A stretch of DNA of 64,000 bases, taken from assembly GCA_045634545.1 (NCBI GenBank), contig JAZRAL010000052.1:16580-80579 (forward strand). The letters run 5' to 3'. The notes beneath the pieces were generated by a model, which saw only the letters and a list, made by a program, of their open reading frames with translations, had not been told where the DNA came from and did not search any database. The stretch is from Alphaproteobacteria bacterium (GTDB lineage: Bacteria; Pseudomonadota; Alphaproteobacteria; RF32; CAG-239). Positions within the stretch are counted from its first letter, which is position 1, and every line of letters starts with the position of its first letter. Both the position numbers and the translations under genes were made by a program. Shown one piece after another: positions 8,639-18,300 of this stretch.

Positions 8639-9726
8639 CTATTATATCTTTTTCGATGCCCCTTTTCAAATACTTTTTGTGTTGGATCATTTCTTTGATA
8701 CTCATCTTCAACTGCATTTGCTTTATCAGAAAATATTTTTTTAAGTTTCTTATAATTCACACCTCTTAATGCATTAATAGTTTTAGGACCGATTATTCCA
8801 TCTGCTTTAATATTTAAAGCTTTTTGAAGATTTTTTATAGCAGTTGATTGTCCCTGCACAACTGCATTATCAAAAACAATATCTGAAATTTCAATAGGCA
8901 ATGTATTTATCTTATATTTTAACCAATAATCTTTATATAATATCATTGTAGCACGCTCTCGCGTAAGATTTTTTATATCTTCACCAGGATAATATTTTTT
9001 AGTAATTCCCATATTTGTTTCACCTCCTCTATCGTTTTCATGATTAATATAACCTCCTTCGTTTAATTTTGTTCGAACTAAAGCTTTTTGAAAAATTTTA
9101 TCATTTAGCATTTTATCAATAAACTCTCTTGAAAAACCTTTACCATATTTAGAATAATCAATTTTTAACTCTTTTTCCTCCTCATCCCTTTCAACTTCTG
9201 CATCACTCTTTGTTCCTTCATGTTCATTATCCGCGACTTTCAACACCCGATTTGCCTTATCAACCTTTTCTCTTAAAACATCAAGCTCGCTTTTCTCTGA
9301 TTTTTCCTTCTTAGGCTTTGGTTTCTTAACTCCTTGTTGTTCTCGAAGCGCCCTAATTACCGCTAACTGATTTGTCATATCAAGCCTATCAATTGCCCTC
9401 CTTTGCTCATCAGAAAGCTTTAATCCCTCCAAAGAAAAATCCTCATCATCCGGAAGTAAAGAATTTGATTTCTTCACATTTGTTTTTATTTCATCATCAC
9501 TAGAAGATTGTGGCGATCTATATCCCAATTTCCGTTCTTCCAAAACCTCTTCTAATGCACCATCAATTTTTGCAAAATCAAGCTCAAAATTATCTCTCAA
9601 ATCTCCACTTTGCTCAATCTCTTCTACACTTCCATACTTATCTAAAAGTTTATGAAGTTTTCTTTTATTTGCTCTTTTTAAAGCTCTTTCACTATCACCA
9701 ACCAAGTCCATTAAATTATTTTGCAT
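8626..9726 (-). CDS. modular muramidase: conserved ~188-aa N-terminal module plus GH108 domain plus PG_binding_3-like domain
   Basis: NEGGYINHENDRGGETNMGITKKYYP is a GH108 signature and ADGIIGPKTINAL is a PG-binding motif. It has its own GGAGA RBS and follows the portal gene after a hairpin. Confidence 0.8.
   Translation of the reverse strand: MQNNLMDLVGDSERALKRANKRKLHKLLDKYGSVEEIEQSGDLRDNFELDFAKIDGALEEVLEERKLGYRSPQSSSDDEIKTNVKKSNSLLPDDEDFSLEGLKLSDEQRRAIDRLDMTNQLAVIRALREQQGVKKPKPKKEKSEKSELDVLREKVDKANRVLKVADNEHEGTKSDAEVERDEEEKELKIDYSKYGKGFSREFIDKMLNDKIFQKALVRTKLNEGGYINHENDRGGETNMGITKKYYPGEDIKNLTRERATMILYKDYWLKYKINTLPIEISDIVFDNAVVQGQSTAIKNLQKALNIKADGIIGPKTINALRGVNYKKLKKIFSDKANAVEDEYQRNDPTQKVFEKGHRKRYNSYSK
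9161..9726. repeat. 566-bp dispersed direct repeat, copy 2
   Basis: See copy 1 at 1741-2306. Confidence 0.9.
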
Positions 9727-9738
9727 AACATATCTCCA

Positions 9739-9767
9739 TAAAAAAAGCTTACTTTTTAGTAAGCTTT
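9739..9767 (-). terminator. hairpin plus T-run between the portal gene and the GH108 modular muramidase
   Basis: On the minus strand, AAGCTTACT/AGTAAGCTT forms the stem and TTTTTTT follows. Confidence 0.5.
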
Positions 9768-9787
9768 ATCTCATCAACCAATCTATT

Positions 9788-11404
9788 CTATTTAAGCCCC
9801 TTCATCGCACCCAATAACGGATTAGATGCAACTCCCATTAATGCTTGAGCATTTTCAAGTGAAGACCTATATTTCAACATCATAACATCATCTTTTGTTC
9901 TAACAATATCACTTTCAACGCCATGATAATCTGCAATTTTGCGCAAAGCATTTTCCATATCAAAAATATCAAGCACCTGTGGATTTGTTTGAGATAATGT
10001 AATCGCAGCCTCAACTGTTTTATATAATCCCATTATCGAATTTGCATCTTGCATTCTAACTGATGGACTTTCAAATTCAATTGCAATAGACCCTTCATAC
10101 ATCAATTCATCAGGAACCCCTTCTAACATACCATAATTTGTTAAAATATCTAATTCTCTCTCAATATTTCCAGTCAACCACTCAGATGCAATTCTTTCAG
10201 CCATCGGAGCCAAAAGCATAGATTTTTCCATCTCTCTTTTCTCAACTTCCGTTGCTGTCATTTGCTTTGATTGTGTTAAAGATTGAAACAATGGTACCAA
10301 AAACGCTCTTTCAATAGATGCTCTAACCTCTCGTTGCATTTCAACCGTAATAGCAAGATTATTTCCATACTGCATCGAAACCGCCTGAGGTTTACCTTGG
10401 TTATCAAGTCCACCTCTGATCACCGCCCCTGCACTACCTAATTTATTAGTATCAATTAATCCCATATTTGTTAAAATTGGAGGATTAGCCTGTAATTGTC
10501 CTGTACGTAAAATTGTTTTCGCCATTTCATTTGCTGTTAGCATATCATAAAATGCTTGTAGCGCCGGACTATCTCCATATGAACTTCCCGCAATACCCAA
10601 AAATCTAGGCGCCATATATGGATTAGATCTATATCCACTTTCTTGAACAATTCTTTTTCCTAAAACCTCTAAATGAACACTAGCATATTTCATACCACCT
10701 TTATCTTTTTTGCCTATATCATAGTTTTCTTTTTCAAAAACAGCATGAATAAATTTAAACATACGCTGAGGAGTATCACTTAAAGCTCTTTTAATTTCGT
10801 TAGATACCTTATCACCAAATTTTTCAAAAGCATCTTGTGCACTAAGTTCATATTCCCTAATAACAGTATCCAAACATCCTTTATCATTACGTTTAATATA
10901 TGCTTCATTAACAGGAATTGTTTTATATACAATACCATTGCCAATATCATCATCAACCATCCAAAGCGCATGCCCATACACACCAAGCTGATTAAACAAT
11001 AAATCACTTTCACTAGCAAAATTAGATTTTGCCGAATATCTACATCTAAAAAGTAAATCCGTTGCACGCTCAAGATATTTCTTAACCTCTTCATTATCAT
11101 CTAATTTAGGATCAACAGCTTTAAGTCTATGCCATCTAGATGTTGTTGGGACAATCACCGATTTCATACTAGCAGCAAAACAAGTAAGTGCATTACGAGC
11201 AGTGCTATCAAAAACATTTTGCTTATGACGTCCTTTTTCATCTTTACTAAAAAGATTAGAATTTATAGCACACATTTCAGCCGCCTTATTCCACATAGGC
11301 TCCCACTCTTTGCGCTCTTTTTTCATCACTTCAAGTTTTTTTAATACAACCTCTGCTGTAACTTTAGATTTCTTTTCTGTTTTATTTTTCAAAATTTCTT
11401 TCAT
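9788..11404 (-). CDS. phage portal (head-to-tail connector) protein
   Basis: ~538 aa. Sits immediately 3' of the large terminase. GGAGG RBS before the ATG at 11404. Size and sequence character fit T7-type connectors. Confidence 0.7.
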   Translation of the reverse strand: MKEILKNKTEKKSKVTAEVVLKKLEVMKKERKEWEPMWNKAAEMCAINSNLFSKDEKGRHKQNVFDSTARNALTCFAASMKSVIVPTTSRWHRLKAVDPKLDDNEEVKKYLERATDLLFRCRYSAKSNFASESDLLFNQLGVYGHALWMVDDDIGNGIVYKTIPVNEAYIKRNDKGCLDTVIREYELSAQDAFEKFGDKVSNEIKRALSDTPQRMFKFIHAVFEKENYDIGKKDKGGMKYASVHLEVLGKRIVQESGYRSNPYMAPRFLGIAGSSYGDSPALQAFYDMLTANEMAKTILRTGQLQANPPILTNMGLIDTNKLGSAGAVIRGGLDNQGKPQAVSMQYGNNLAITVEMQREVRASIERAFLVPLFQSLTQSKQMTATEVEKREMEKSMLLAPMAERIASEWLTGNIERELDILTNYGMLEGVPDELMYEGSIAIEFESPSVRMQDANSIMGLYKTVEAAITLSQTNPQVLDIFDMENALRKIADYHGVESDIVRTKDDVMMLKYRSSLENAQALMGVASNPLLGAMKGLK

Positions 11405-11462
11405 AAATACCTCCATAAATAAAAAAAGGAGAGCAAGCTCTCCATATTAAAATTTTAAATAA

Positions 11463-12755
11463 TTACCAATAAACATTATCATCAACAAACCCCTGCCCTC
11501 TATTTAACGTTCTTGCTAAAAATTCAACATTTTTAATAGCAAAACTCAAAGCCAACGCATCACCAATATCGGTAGAATGCCCAATGCGTTTTTTTATTTC
11601 AGATTTTGCTTCAAGTTGCAATCTACCCGTTGCATCATACATCTTTAATGGAGCTGTTAAATCCTCAACAATTCCATCAATCTTTGGTAATTTAACCCCT
11701 ACACTAGATTGTAACCACTCTCTAACCCTATCCCACATTTCAGCTCTACGATTAACATATCTTTCAGGATTTTCCGCCTTCTCACCAAAATTAATCGCCA
11801 CAACCTCATTAATAAAACCATTATTAATCAAAATATCATATACCCCTGCCCCACAACCGCCAACATCAATAAACACTTTACTTGGATGATACTCTGCAAT
11901 AATCCCTGACACTTGATGAGCAACTTGCACTATATCCAGTTTTTCAAAGCTCAAAAATTTTTCAACACAACGTCCTCTTCTAAAACAAATAGCAGTCTTA
12001 TCATCACCAAAACGAGCCACATCAACACCAACCACAAGAGGCACATAATTATTTATGTTATCAACTTTTCTCTCCATAGCCTTATAAACATCTTCCCTAC
12101 CAATAAGATGATTACCAGCAAGACGTCTCGGCTCACCTTCCCATACATGAAGATACTCTTCATAATTTTCATTCTTCATTTTTAAAGCAAGCTTTTTCAT
12201 ATTAAGAGGACAATATGGATTATCATAATAATTTACTTTTCTTAACACAACATCACTATCTGGCTTTAGTGCTAAAGCTTTCCAAACAGGATCATTTTCC
12301 TCTTCTCTATTAAGTGATAGCCAAATTTCTGCTCCATTTTTTCTAATAGTAGGATCCAAAATCTCCCACGCTCTAAGCGATATTTTTTGAGCTTCTTCAC
12401 ACCAACAAATATCAACCCCCTCCAAAGATTTTATATTAGATGCATTATGCTCAAGCATTCCTTTAAAAATAAATTTTGATTTATTCTTCAAGTTTACAAT
12501 TTTATCTTCATAAATTTTATATTCACTTAATCCATAAAAATTAATCCTATCAACAATTAGCTTATAAACAGAATCTTTAATAGAATTTTGCACTTCTCTA
12601 ACACAAGCAATCAGCTTTTTTTTACTTGTCGCCTTAATCAATAATGCATCCGCAAAAGCAAAAGATTTACCACCTGCTCTTCCGCCATAATACATTTTAT
12701 ATCTAGCACTACTTGTCAATAAATCTTGAAAAGCTCTAGGTAATTCAACTTTCAT
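11463..12755 (-). CDS. terL: phage terminase large subunit
   Basis: Walker A YYGGRAGGKSF, and the nuclease-domain motif GVDVARFGDDKTA typical of Terminase_3/PBSX-type TerL. The ATG at 12755 has a GGTGGA RBS. Confidence 0.9.
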   Translation of the reverse strand: MKVELPRAFQDLLTSSARYKMYYGGRAGGKSFAFADALLIKATSKKKLIACVREVQNSIKDSVYKLIVDRINFYGLSEYKIYEDKIVNLKNKSKFIFKGMLEHNASNIKSLEGVDICWCEEAQKISLRAWEILDPTIRKNGAEIWLSLNREEENDPVWKALALKPDSDVVLRKVNYYDNPYCPLNMKKLALKMKNENYEEYLHVWEGEPRRLAGNHLIGREDVYKAMERKVDNINNYVPLVVGVDVARFGDDKTAICFRRGRCVEKFLSFEKLDIVQVAHQVSGIIAEYHPSKVFIDVGGCGAGVYDILINNGFINEVVAINFGEKAENPERYVNRRAEMWDRVREWLQSSVGVKLPKIDGIVEDLTAPLKMYDATGRLQLEAKSEIKKRIGHSTDIGDALALSFAIKNVEFLARTLNRGQGFVDDNVYW

Positions 12756-12768
12756 ATTTTCCACCAAA

Positions 12769-13143
12769 TTAAATAAATTTAACCATTATTTCTTTAACAT
12801 CACCATTACTATCATCATTTAAATTAATCTCACCAAGATCACTGTTAGATTTACTAATAAGCCACTTCATGGTTTCAATTAAAAGCTTTGCTGTAGAATT
12901 ATCAATTTCACCTTTTTTCAATTCTTCCACAATCTGTCGAATATCATCCGTACACTTATCCGCATAATCAGAAAGCGCAAGCAAATACTTCTCTTTAAAT
13001 ATTTCATTCTTTGCCAAAACATCATAAAATTCCTTTGTTGAAAAATTAACTTCTAAACATGCCATATAAAGAGATTTTCCTATTCTTATCATATCCAAAA
13101 TCTGATTAATAGCTCCTTCTTTTTTAGATATATATTTTCTCAA
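12769..13143 (-). CDS. small helical protein, candidate terminase small subunit
   Basis: 124 aa, directly upstream of terL and abutting it. Called by position only. Confidence 0.35.
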   Translation of the reverse strand: MRKYISKKEGAINQILDMIRIGKSLYMACLEVNFSTKEFYDVLAKNEIFKEKYLLALSDYADKCTDDIRQIVEELKKGEIDNSTAKLLIETMKWLISKSNSDLGEINLNDDSNGDVKEIMVKFI

Positions 13144-13211
13144 AAACTCTCTCCTAAAAAAAGTGGAGCATTACACTCCACTATTTACATAAACTATTTA
13201 TTGCATTCCAC

Positions 13212-14804
13212 TTAAATAATTTTTTCTAACGCTTGCCAAATCTTCTCATAAGAAGTAAAGAACCCACTAACTTCCTTAAATATACCTGTATTAACAAGGT
13301 CTATGTTGCCTGTCCAATATTCTTGCAAAGTACCATATCCGTTACCAATTCTTACAACAGGTACTTCAAACACAGTATATGGACACTCCGCACCTTTAAG
13401 CCAAGCATCATCTTTTCCAATAAGTCCTAAAGGTAATTCATCAATACTATTGTATGTGCCATCATCCTTTGTATAATAAAGTGTTGTCTGGCTTGGAGTT
13501 TGTTTTACAACCACCCAATATGTAGTATTAAGTTCAATGCTACCACCAGAATATTGACTACCTCTCCAAAATCTCCAAGAGTATCCAGTAGTACCACAAC
13601 CATAATCAGGAGATGCAGGCTTCCAAAAGATATTTCTAGAACCTGTATCACCACCAGTAGTAACCCTAGCAACAAGTACATAGTTTTCACTTGTAGCATT
13701 TGTTATAATCTCTGGAGTTTCTATCCAAGTAGTTTCACTAAAACTCGATGCTTTACCTTTATCATCTAAAGATATTGAACCTGTTTGTGTGAAATCTGTT
13801 AAAAAGATTGGGCTAGGCTCAAACGAAGGTATTACAACTTCGCCAGCCCAAGCATATCCCTCTTTGTCTTGGTCGCTTTGGCTTAATAAGACAACATCAC
13901 CATTTGCAAAAGCATTATAAGTTGTAGCAACACTTGGATTTGCTTTTTCTTCTAATATGCCTACTTCTTCTGCCAAATACTTTGCATTCTTGCCCCATAC
14001 CTCAACACCATTTACAGAGATTGAACACTCATTCAAATCAATAGAGCCGTGCCAAGGTGAATCACCAATATCAATATATCCAATTTGTTGTTGATAGCTA
14101 CCAATCTTTGTATAAGAAACATACGACACATCATTAATATAATCTATTCCATTAAAAGAATATTTTAAATAGTATGTATTTATTGAAGCATCAAAACCTG
14201 CTTTTATCCAATAAGTTGTATCAGCTAGTACAATATGGCTTCCGCTATGTGCAGAAGTGTTAATCCAAGAACTACCACTAGATACTAAAAGTTGCCATCT
14301 GCCCTTTGTCGTTCCAGCTGTACCAATTCTAAAACCTCTTTGGTCGACATTACAACTTATAAAAGGACTTTCTTTAGTTAAATCATTAGCAGAAGTGGTA
14401 ACCTTAAAATTTACTTCCCAACTATTAGTTCCACAATTTATAAATGGCATATTAATATAATTACCTTTGCTAAATCCACTTACAACATTGTTTTGTATTG
14501 TAAGAGAACCTACAATATCATATGCCAAACCTTTTTTAGTTGATAAATATTTTTTTCCCTTAACATACGGAGCTAAAAAACCACCCATCGAAGGACTAAG
14601 TTCACCATTCCAAAGTTTCTTACCTTCAAACCATATGTAGCCATTTTCAAAAGTGTAATCAATACCTTCAAACTTTGTTAGAGTAAAACTTCTTTCCTCG
14701 TTTTCGTTATATACATCCAAGGCGTCTTGATAATAATAGCGAGGTTTACGAATTTTTATACTAACAGGCAAACCCTTAAATGCTTTCTTGTTTAAAGTAG
14801 TCAT
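13212..14804 (-). CDS. tail fibre/receptor-binding protein with two concanavalin/LamG-like domains
   Basis: Two segments have a LamG-like beta-sandwich pattern (RGFRIGTAGTTKGRWQLLVSSG...WHGSIDLNECSI and SWRFWRGSQYSGGSIELNTTYWVVV...WTGNIDLVNTGI). The TAATG stop-start overlap with the upstream gene suggests translational coupling. Confidence 0.5.
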   Translation of the reverse strand: MTTLNKKAFKGLPVSIKIRKPRYYYQDALDVYNENEERSFTLTKFEGIDYTFENGYIWFEGKKLWNGELSPSMGGFLAPYVKGKKYLSTKKGLAYDIVGSLTIQNNVVSGFSKGNYINMPFINCGTNSWEVNFKVTTSANDLTKESPFISCNVDQRGFRIGTAGTTKGRWQLLVSSGSSWINTSAHSGSHIVLADTTYWIKAGFDASINTYYLKYSFNGIDYINDVSYVSYTKIGSYQQQIGYIDIGDSPWHGSIDLNECSISVNGVEVWGKNAKYLAEEVGILEEKANPSVATTYNAFANGDVVLLSQSDQDKEGYAWAGEVVIPSFEPSPIFLTDFTQTGSISLDDKGKASSFSETTWIETPEIITNATSENYVLVARVTTGGDTGSRNIFWKPASPDYGCGTTGYSWRFWRGSQYSGGSIELNTTYWVVVKQTPSQTTLYYTKDDGTYNSIDELPLGLIGKDDAWLKGAECPYTVFEVPVVRIGNGYGTLQEYWTGNIDLVNTGIFKEVSGFFTSYEKIWQALEKII

Positions 14805-16150
14805 TATTTAACTCCTTCAACAACAATTTCATCACTTGCTACATTAACATCTGTTACAATATTTAAGTTTATAGTTTCAGGTAAAACAATATCAACCTCT
14901 ACTTTGCCCTCGCTATCAACATTACCTGTTGCAAATCCTGTAAAAGAGTTTGTAGAATTATAATTAAACTTTTGGTTGCTTACAATTTTCCAACTAGAGC
15001 TACCTAATGTATAAAGTGTAACATCCATAAGATATGTTTCCGACCTAAGTGTTACAAGAGCTTTGCTCATATCAGGAGAAAACGCTAATCTATAACTAAA
15101 ATACTTGTTAGAATTTGCTACTAAATTAAAATCAGTATTCAGTTCTTCAAAACTTTTTGTATCTCTATGATATTTATAAGCATAAACATTATTACGAGTA
15201 CCAACTGTTAGAACATCATTTCTTAAATCAAACTTTGCATAACAATCCTCAACTTGAAAACTCTTAAACATATTATTTTGAAGTTCTAGATATCTTTTGC
15301 CGAGAGTTTCTACAATCTTATATACACGTAAATAGCTATCAGGAATTGCCGTAGTGTTATTTATATAATATCTACTAAAGCAGTTTGTTGCAAAAAATAT
15401 ATAATCACCAACGTCAGCTCCTGTATAACCTACAATCTCTTCATTCTCTTTAACGTTGAGATTAATGTAATTGTTTTCTGTAAATGTTCCGTTTTCATCT
15501 ACATCAAAAAACTGAATACAAGACATACGTGTTACTGTAAACCCTTTACCTGTTTGGCTATCCAAATAACATATTGAACCATTGTTTCCTCCGTGAGAAT
15601 TGGTTAATACTGTATCGCCTAAAGTGTTAGATAGTAGATCATATTTAAAAACTTTTTTATTGTACATATCGTAAGCATAACTTTGTCCGTTATATTCTCC
15701 TAAATACATACCACTAGAAGGTAATTCTATTCTACCATTACTTGTAATTAATGAACTTGGAGTAGATGTGTTAGCGTTTTCACCAAGTCTTATTAGACCA
15801 TTCTTAAAAGTAGTAAAACCACCTGCATTATTACTATACCCCCAAGTGCTGATATCAATTTCAGACCAACTATTGCTAGTAAATACATACTTCCTCATAG
15901 CATTAACAAAGTAAACCAATGCAGTTTCATTATCTGTAAAGATTAAGCCATAATCCCTAATCTCGCTATTTGGTCGTATAGAAAAACCTCTAGATAAGTC
16001 TTGAGGATTAAGTCCCGCATTTACTAAAACCTTATCACCTTTGTTATAAGTAGTACCACTATCATTTGTAACAAAAAATTTGTAACCGCTACCACTTTCA
16101 GAATTATCAATATTTGATATTCCTAAAGCATTTACTCTGCCTTTAACCAT
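14804..16150 (-). CDS. tail fibre/spike-like structural protein
   Basis: 448 aa, rich in Gly/Asn/Thr/Tyr beta-strand-type sequence. Located between the tail tube-like gene and the fibre gene. Confidence 0.4.
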   Translation of the reverse strand: MVKGRVNALGISNIDNSESGSGYKFFVTNDSGTTYNKGDKVLVNAGLNPQDLSRGFSIRPNSEIRDYGLIFTDNETALVYFVNAMRKYVFTSNSWSEIDISTWGYSNNAGGFTTFKNGLIRLGENANTSTPSSLITSNGRIELPSSGMYLGEYNGQSYAYDMYNKKVFKYDLLSNTLGDTVLTNSHGGNNGSICYLDSQTGKGFTVTRMSCIQFFDVDENGTFTENNYINLNVKENEEIVGYTGADVGDYIFFATNCFSRYYINNTTAIPDSYLRVYKIVETLGKRYLELQNNMFKSFQVEDCYAKFDLRNDVLTVGTRNNVYAYKYHRDTKSFEELNTDFNLVANSNKYFSYRLAFSPDMSKALVTLRSETYLMDVTLYTLGSSSWKIVSNQKFNYNSTNSFTGFATGNVDSEGKVEVDIVLPETINLNIVTDVNVASDEIVVEGVK

Positions 16151-16171
16151 TTTATTACCCCTTTCATAAAA

Positions 16172-18298
16172 TTAATTAACATCTATATATGGAATAATCG
16201 CCAATATATTCATTGGTAACGGGCTATCATTTTCAATTAAAATTTGCGCCCCTTTTTCATTAATATTCGTCATTCCATTAAATAAAATTTCTTTATGGCC
16301 AGAAAATAATTCCTGAGATTTATTCATAACTTCATCAACATTTCGATAATAAATATCCTGTAGCATTTTTTCATTCTGGCCTATTTTTCCACCGCCAGAC
16401 ATATATAAAACAAGCAAAACATGATTTATTTTCTGCCTTTGTCCTATTCCACTACCACTTTCATTACCAATAAAAATATACTGCGGAATAAATTGACTTT
16501 TTATAGGAAGTCCAACAACATGCACATTATTTTTAGAAATTTTCACCTTTCCATCAATAACAACTTGTTCATTACAAATAGCCCCATCAGCAAAAATTTT
16601 AACCTTTTCACCTTCCAAATGTTCTAAGCCATCTATAACGTCTATCTCATCACCAACTTTCCTATTAAAATTTATCGCACTATCAAGATAAAGCGCTTGG
16701 TTTTTTATATACTCACCTTCCAATCTCAAACGTTCATCAATATTTTCTTCTCCATAAACACTATCAGGTAAAAATTGAGGAATACCATGCTCCATTTTTT
16801 CAATTGTTCTAACAGTTTTCGAATCAATATTCCTTTTTACTTCAATCCAAACATCATCATGACAATCTTCTAAATTTGGAACTATTGCCAAACTTTCAAC
16901 TTTACCACTAAAATCATGCCTAGAAAAAGCAACAACTTCCTGTTCACTTGAAAACGTCATCCCAATTAATTGCCCATCATTCATTAAGCACCATAATATC
17001 TTATCTGGCACTTCTTGATAACTCATTGCAATCAATCTAGAAGCAAACAAGTGTTTCCCAAATATAGAAATATCTGTTTGATCATACCCTTCATTATAAT
17101 AATCATACATCAAATCTCTTAAAGAAAGCCCGTATCTGTCAGAAAAAAACACATGTTTGCCTACACTAACAGGCATAATAGCTTTACTTCCCACCTGTGA
17201 AATTTGAGATATTTTCACATTATCAGCAGCCATTGCCGCAGATGCTGTCATAGAATCAATATAAAATTCGCTAGCTCCCGTTCCAACAAACAAAACATCT
17301 TTTGCATAAAGCCATTTTCCTTCATTAAATTCATTATTAAGAACAGGAACAGTTATTGCTGTTTCCGCCGTTACCTCCCCTACATCAAGATCCGAAAAAT
17401 TATTATAATCACCAGACATCGACATACAAACATTAGGACCTGTTTCAGTATTTATAAGAAAACAAAATCTGTTCCTAAAAAAAGCACCCGATATTGGGTG
17501 CTTTACTCCTTTGTGAAGCATACCAAGTTCCCAATACTTTGTCCCTTTTTTTATACTATCAGGAAGTCTTGCAATAACCTTTGCTTTCACTTTTTTGCTA
17601 TTAACAAATTCAATAATTTTTACAATACCAATTCCATCATGAATAAACTTCCATCTAACACCTCCATCAGATTTAACCCCAACACTATGAACTGGCTTAA
17701 TTGCACCACTTGTCGCCTCGTTAGTAGAAACATAATATTTATTATCCGAAAAACAAATCTCTCCAATTTCGTATTCTTTTCCACTCACCCAACAATTTGT
17801 GTCATCATCATAGTTACGTAATCTAAGAAGTCGTCCCTCATCATTTTGTAAAAACAAATCTTCAGATGCTGTTAAATTAACTTCTCCTTCAAAAGCATCA
17901 CTACTAATTACACAATCACTAGTATTCATTGCTAAAAAAGGACCATTTTTTATTTCAAGTTCTTCTAATCTCCAATCTATATTTGAATATCTTTTAAGCA
18001 TTGTAATTGGATGATTTTCACTAAATATATAAAGCACATCCGAATGCTGTATGGTTTGCAATCCAAAACATTTTTCATCATCATTCCATAAATCTTCATA
18101 CCCATACGGACTATCAATCAAAAGCTCAGGATATTGAGTTGCTAATAATTCTTCATCATCTACTAGCGCCTCAATTCCACCGTCAGTAACTATCTGATTT
18201 TTAGCAAACAACCTTATTTTTTTATGACTAAATTCCACCACATAAGCAACCCTATGGCTATACTTAAATGGCACTAAAAAACTTCTTTTATATCCCAT
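16172..18298 (-). CDS. large podovirus tail structural protein (tail tubular B/nozzle-like)
   Basis: ~708 aa from the ATG at 18298 (GGGAGAG RBS; the track start at 18325 is GTG). N-terminus is KRSFLVPFKYSHRVAYVVEFSHKKIRLF. Size and position match a T7 gp12-like slot. Confidence 0.45.
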   Translation of the reverse strand: MGYKRSFLVPFKYSHRVAYVVEFSHKKIRLFAKNQIVTDGGIEALVDDEELLATQYPELLIDSPYGYEDLWNDDEKCFGLQTIQHSDVLYIFSENHPITMLKRYSNIDWRLEELEIKNGPFLAMNTSDCVISSDAFEGEVNLTASEDLFLQNDEGRLLRLRNYDDDTNCWVSGKEYEIGEICFSDNKYYVSTNEATSGAIKPVHSVGVKSDGGVRWKFIHDGIGIVKIIEFVNSKKVKAKVIARLPDSIKKGTKYWELGMLHKGVKHPISGAFFRNRFCFLINTETGPNVCMSMSGDYNNFSDLDVGEVTAETAITVPVLNNEFNEGKWLYAKDVLFVGTGASEFYIDSMTASAAMAADNVKISQISQVGSKAIMPVSVGKHVFFSDRYGLSLRDLMYDYYNEGYDQTDISIFGKHLFASRLIAMSYQEVPDKILWCLMNDGQLIGMTFSSEQEVVAFSRHDFSGKVESLAIVPNLEDCHDDVWIEVKRNIDSKTVRTIEKMEHGIPQFLPDSVYGEENIDERLRLEGEYIKNQALYLDSAINFNRKVGDEIDVIDGLEHLEGEKVKIFADGAICNEQVVIDGKVKISKNNVHVVGLPIKSQFIPQYIFIGNESGSGIGQRQKINHVLLVLYMSGGGKIGQNEKMLQDIYYRNVDEVMNKSQELFSGHKEILFNGMTNINEKGAQILIENDSPLPMNILAIIPYIDVN

Positions 18299-18300
18299 AG

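Noticed and set aside
1020-9726. T6SS, CDI or Rhs-type delivery for the modular muramidases
   Set aside because: No PAAR, VgrG, Hcp, Rhs/YD repeats, VENN, two-partner secretion or LXG features occur in these proteins or in the window. The delivery route is left open rather than assigned.
17204-17821. 205-aa plus-strand ORF inside the large tail protein gene
   Set aside because: It is antisense to a 708-aa ORF that has coherent sequence character and an RBS. Its own translation is Arg/Cys/Ile/Phe-rich junk with no start context.
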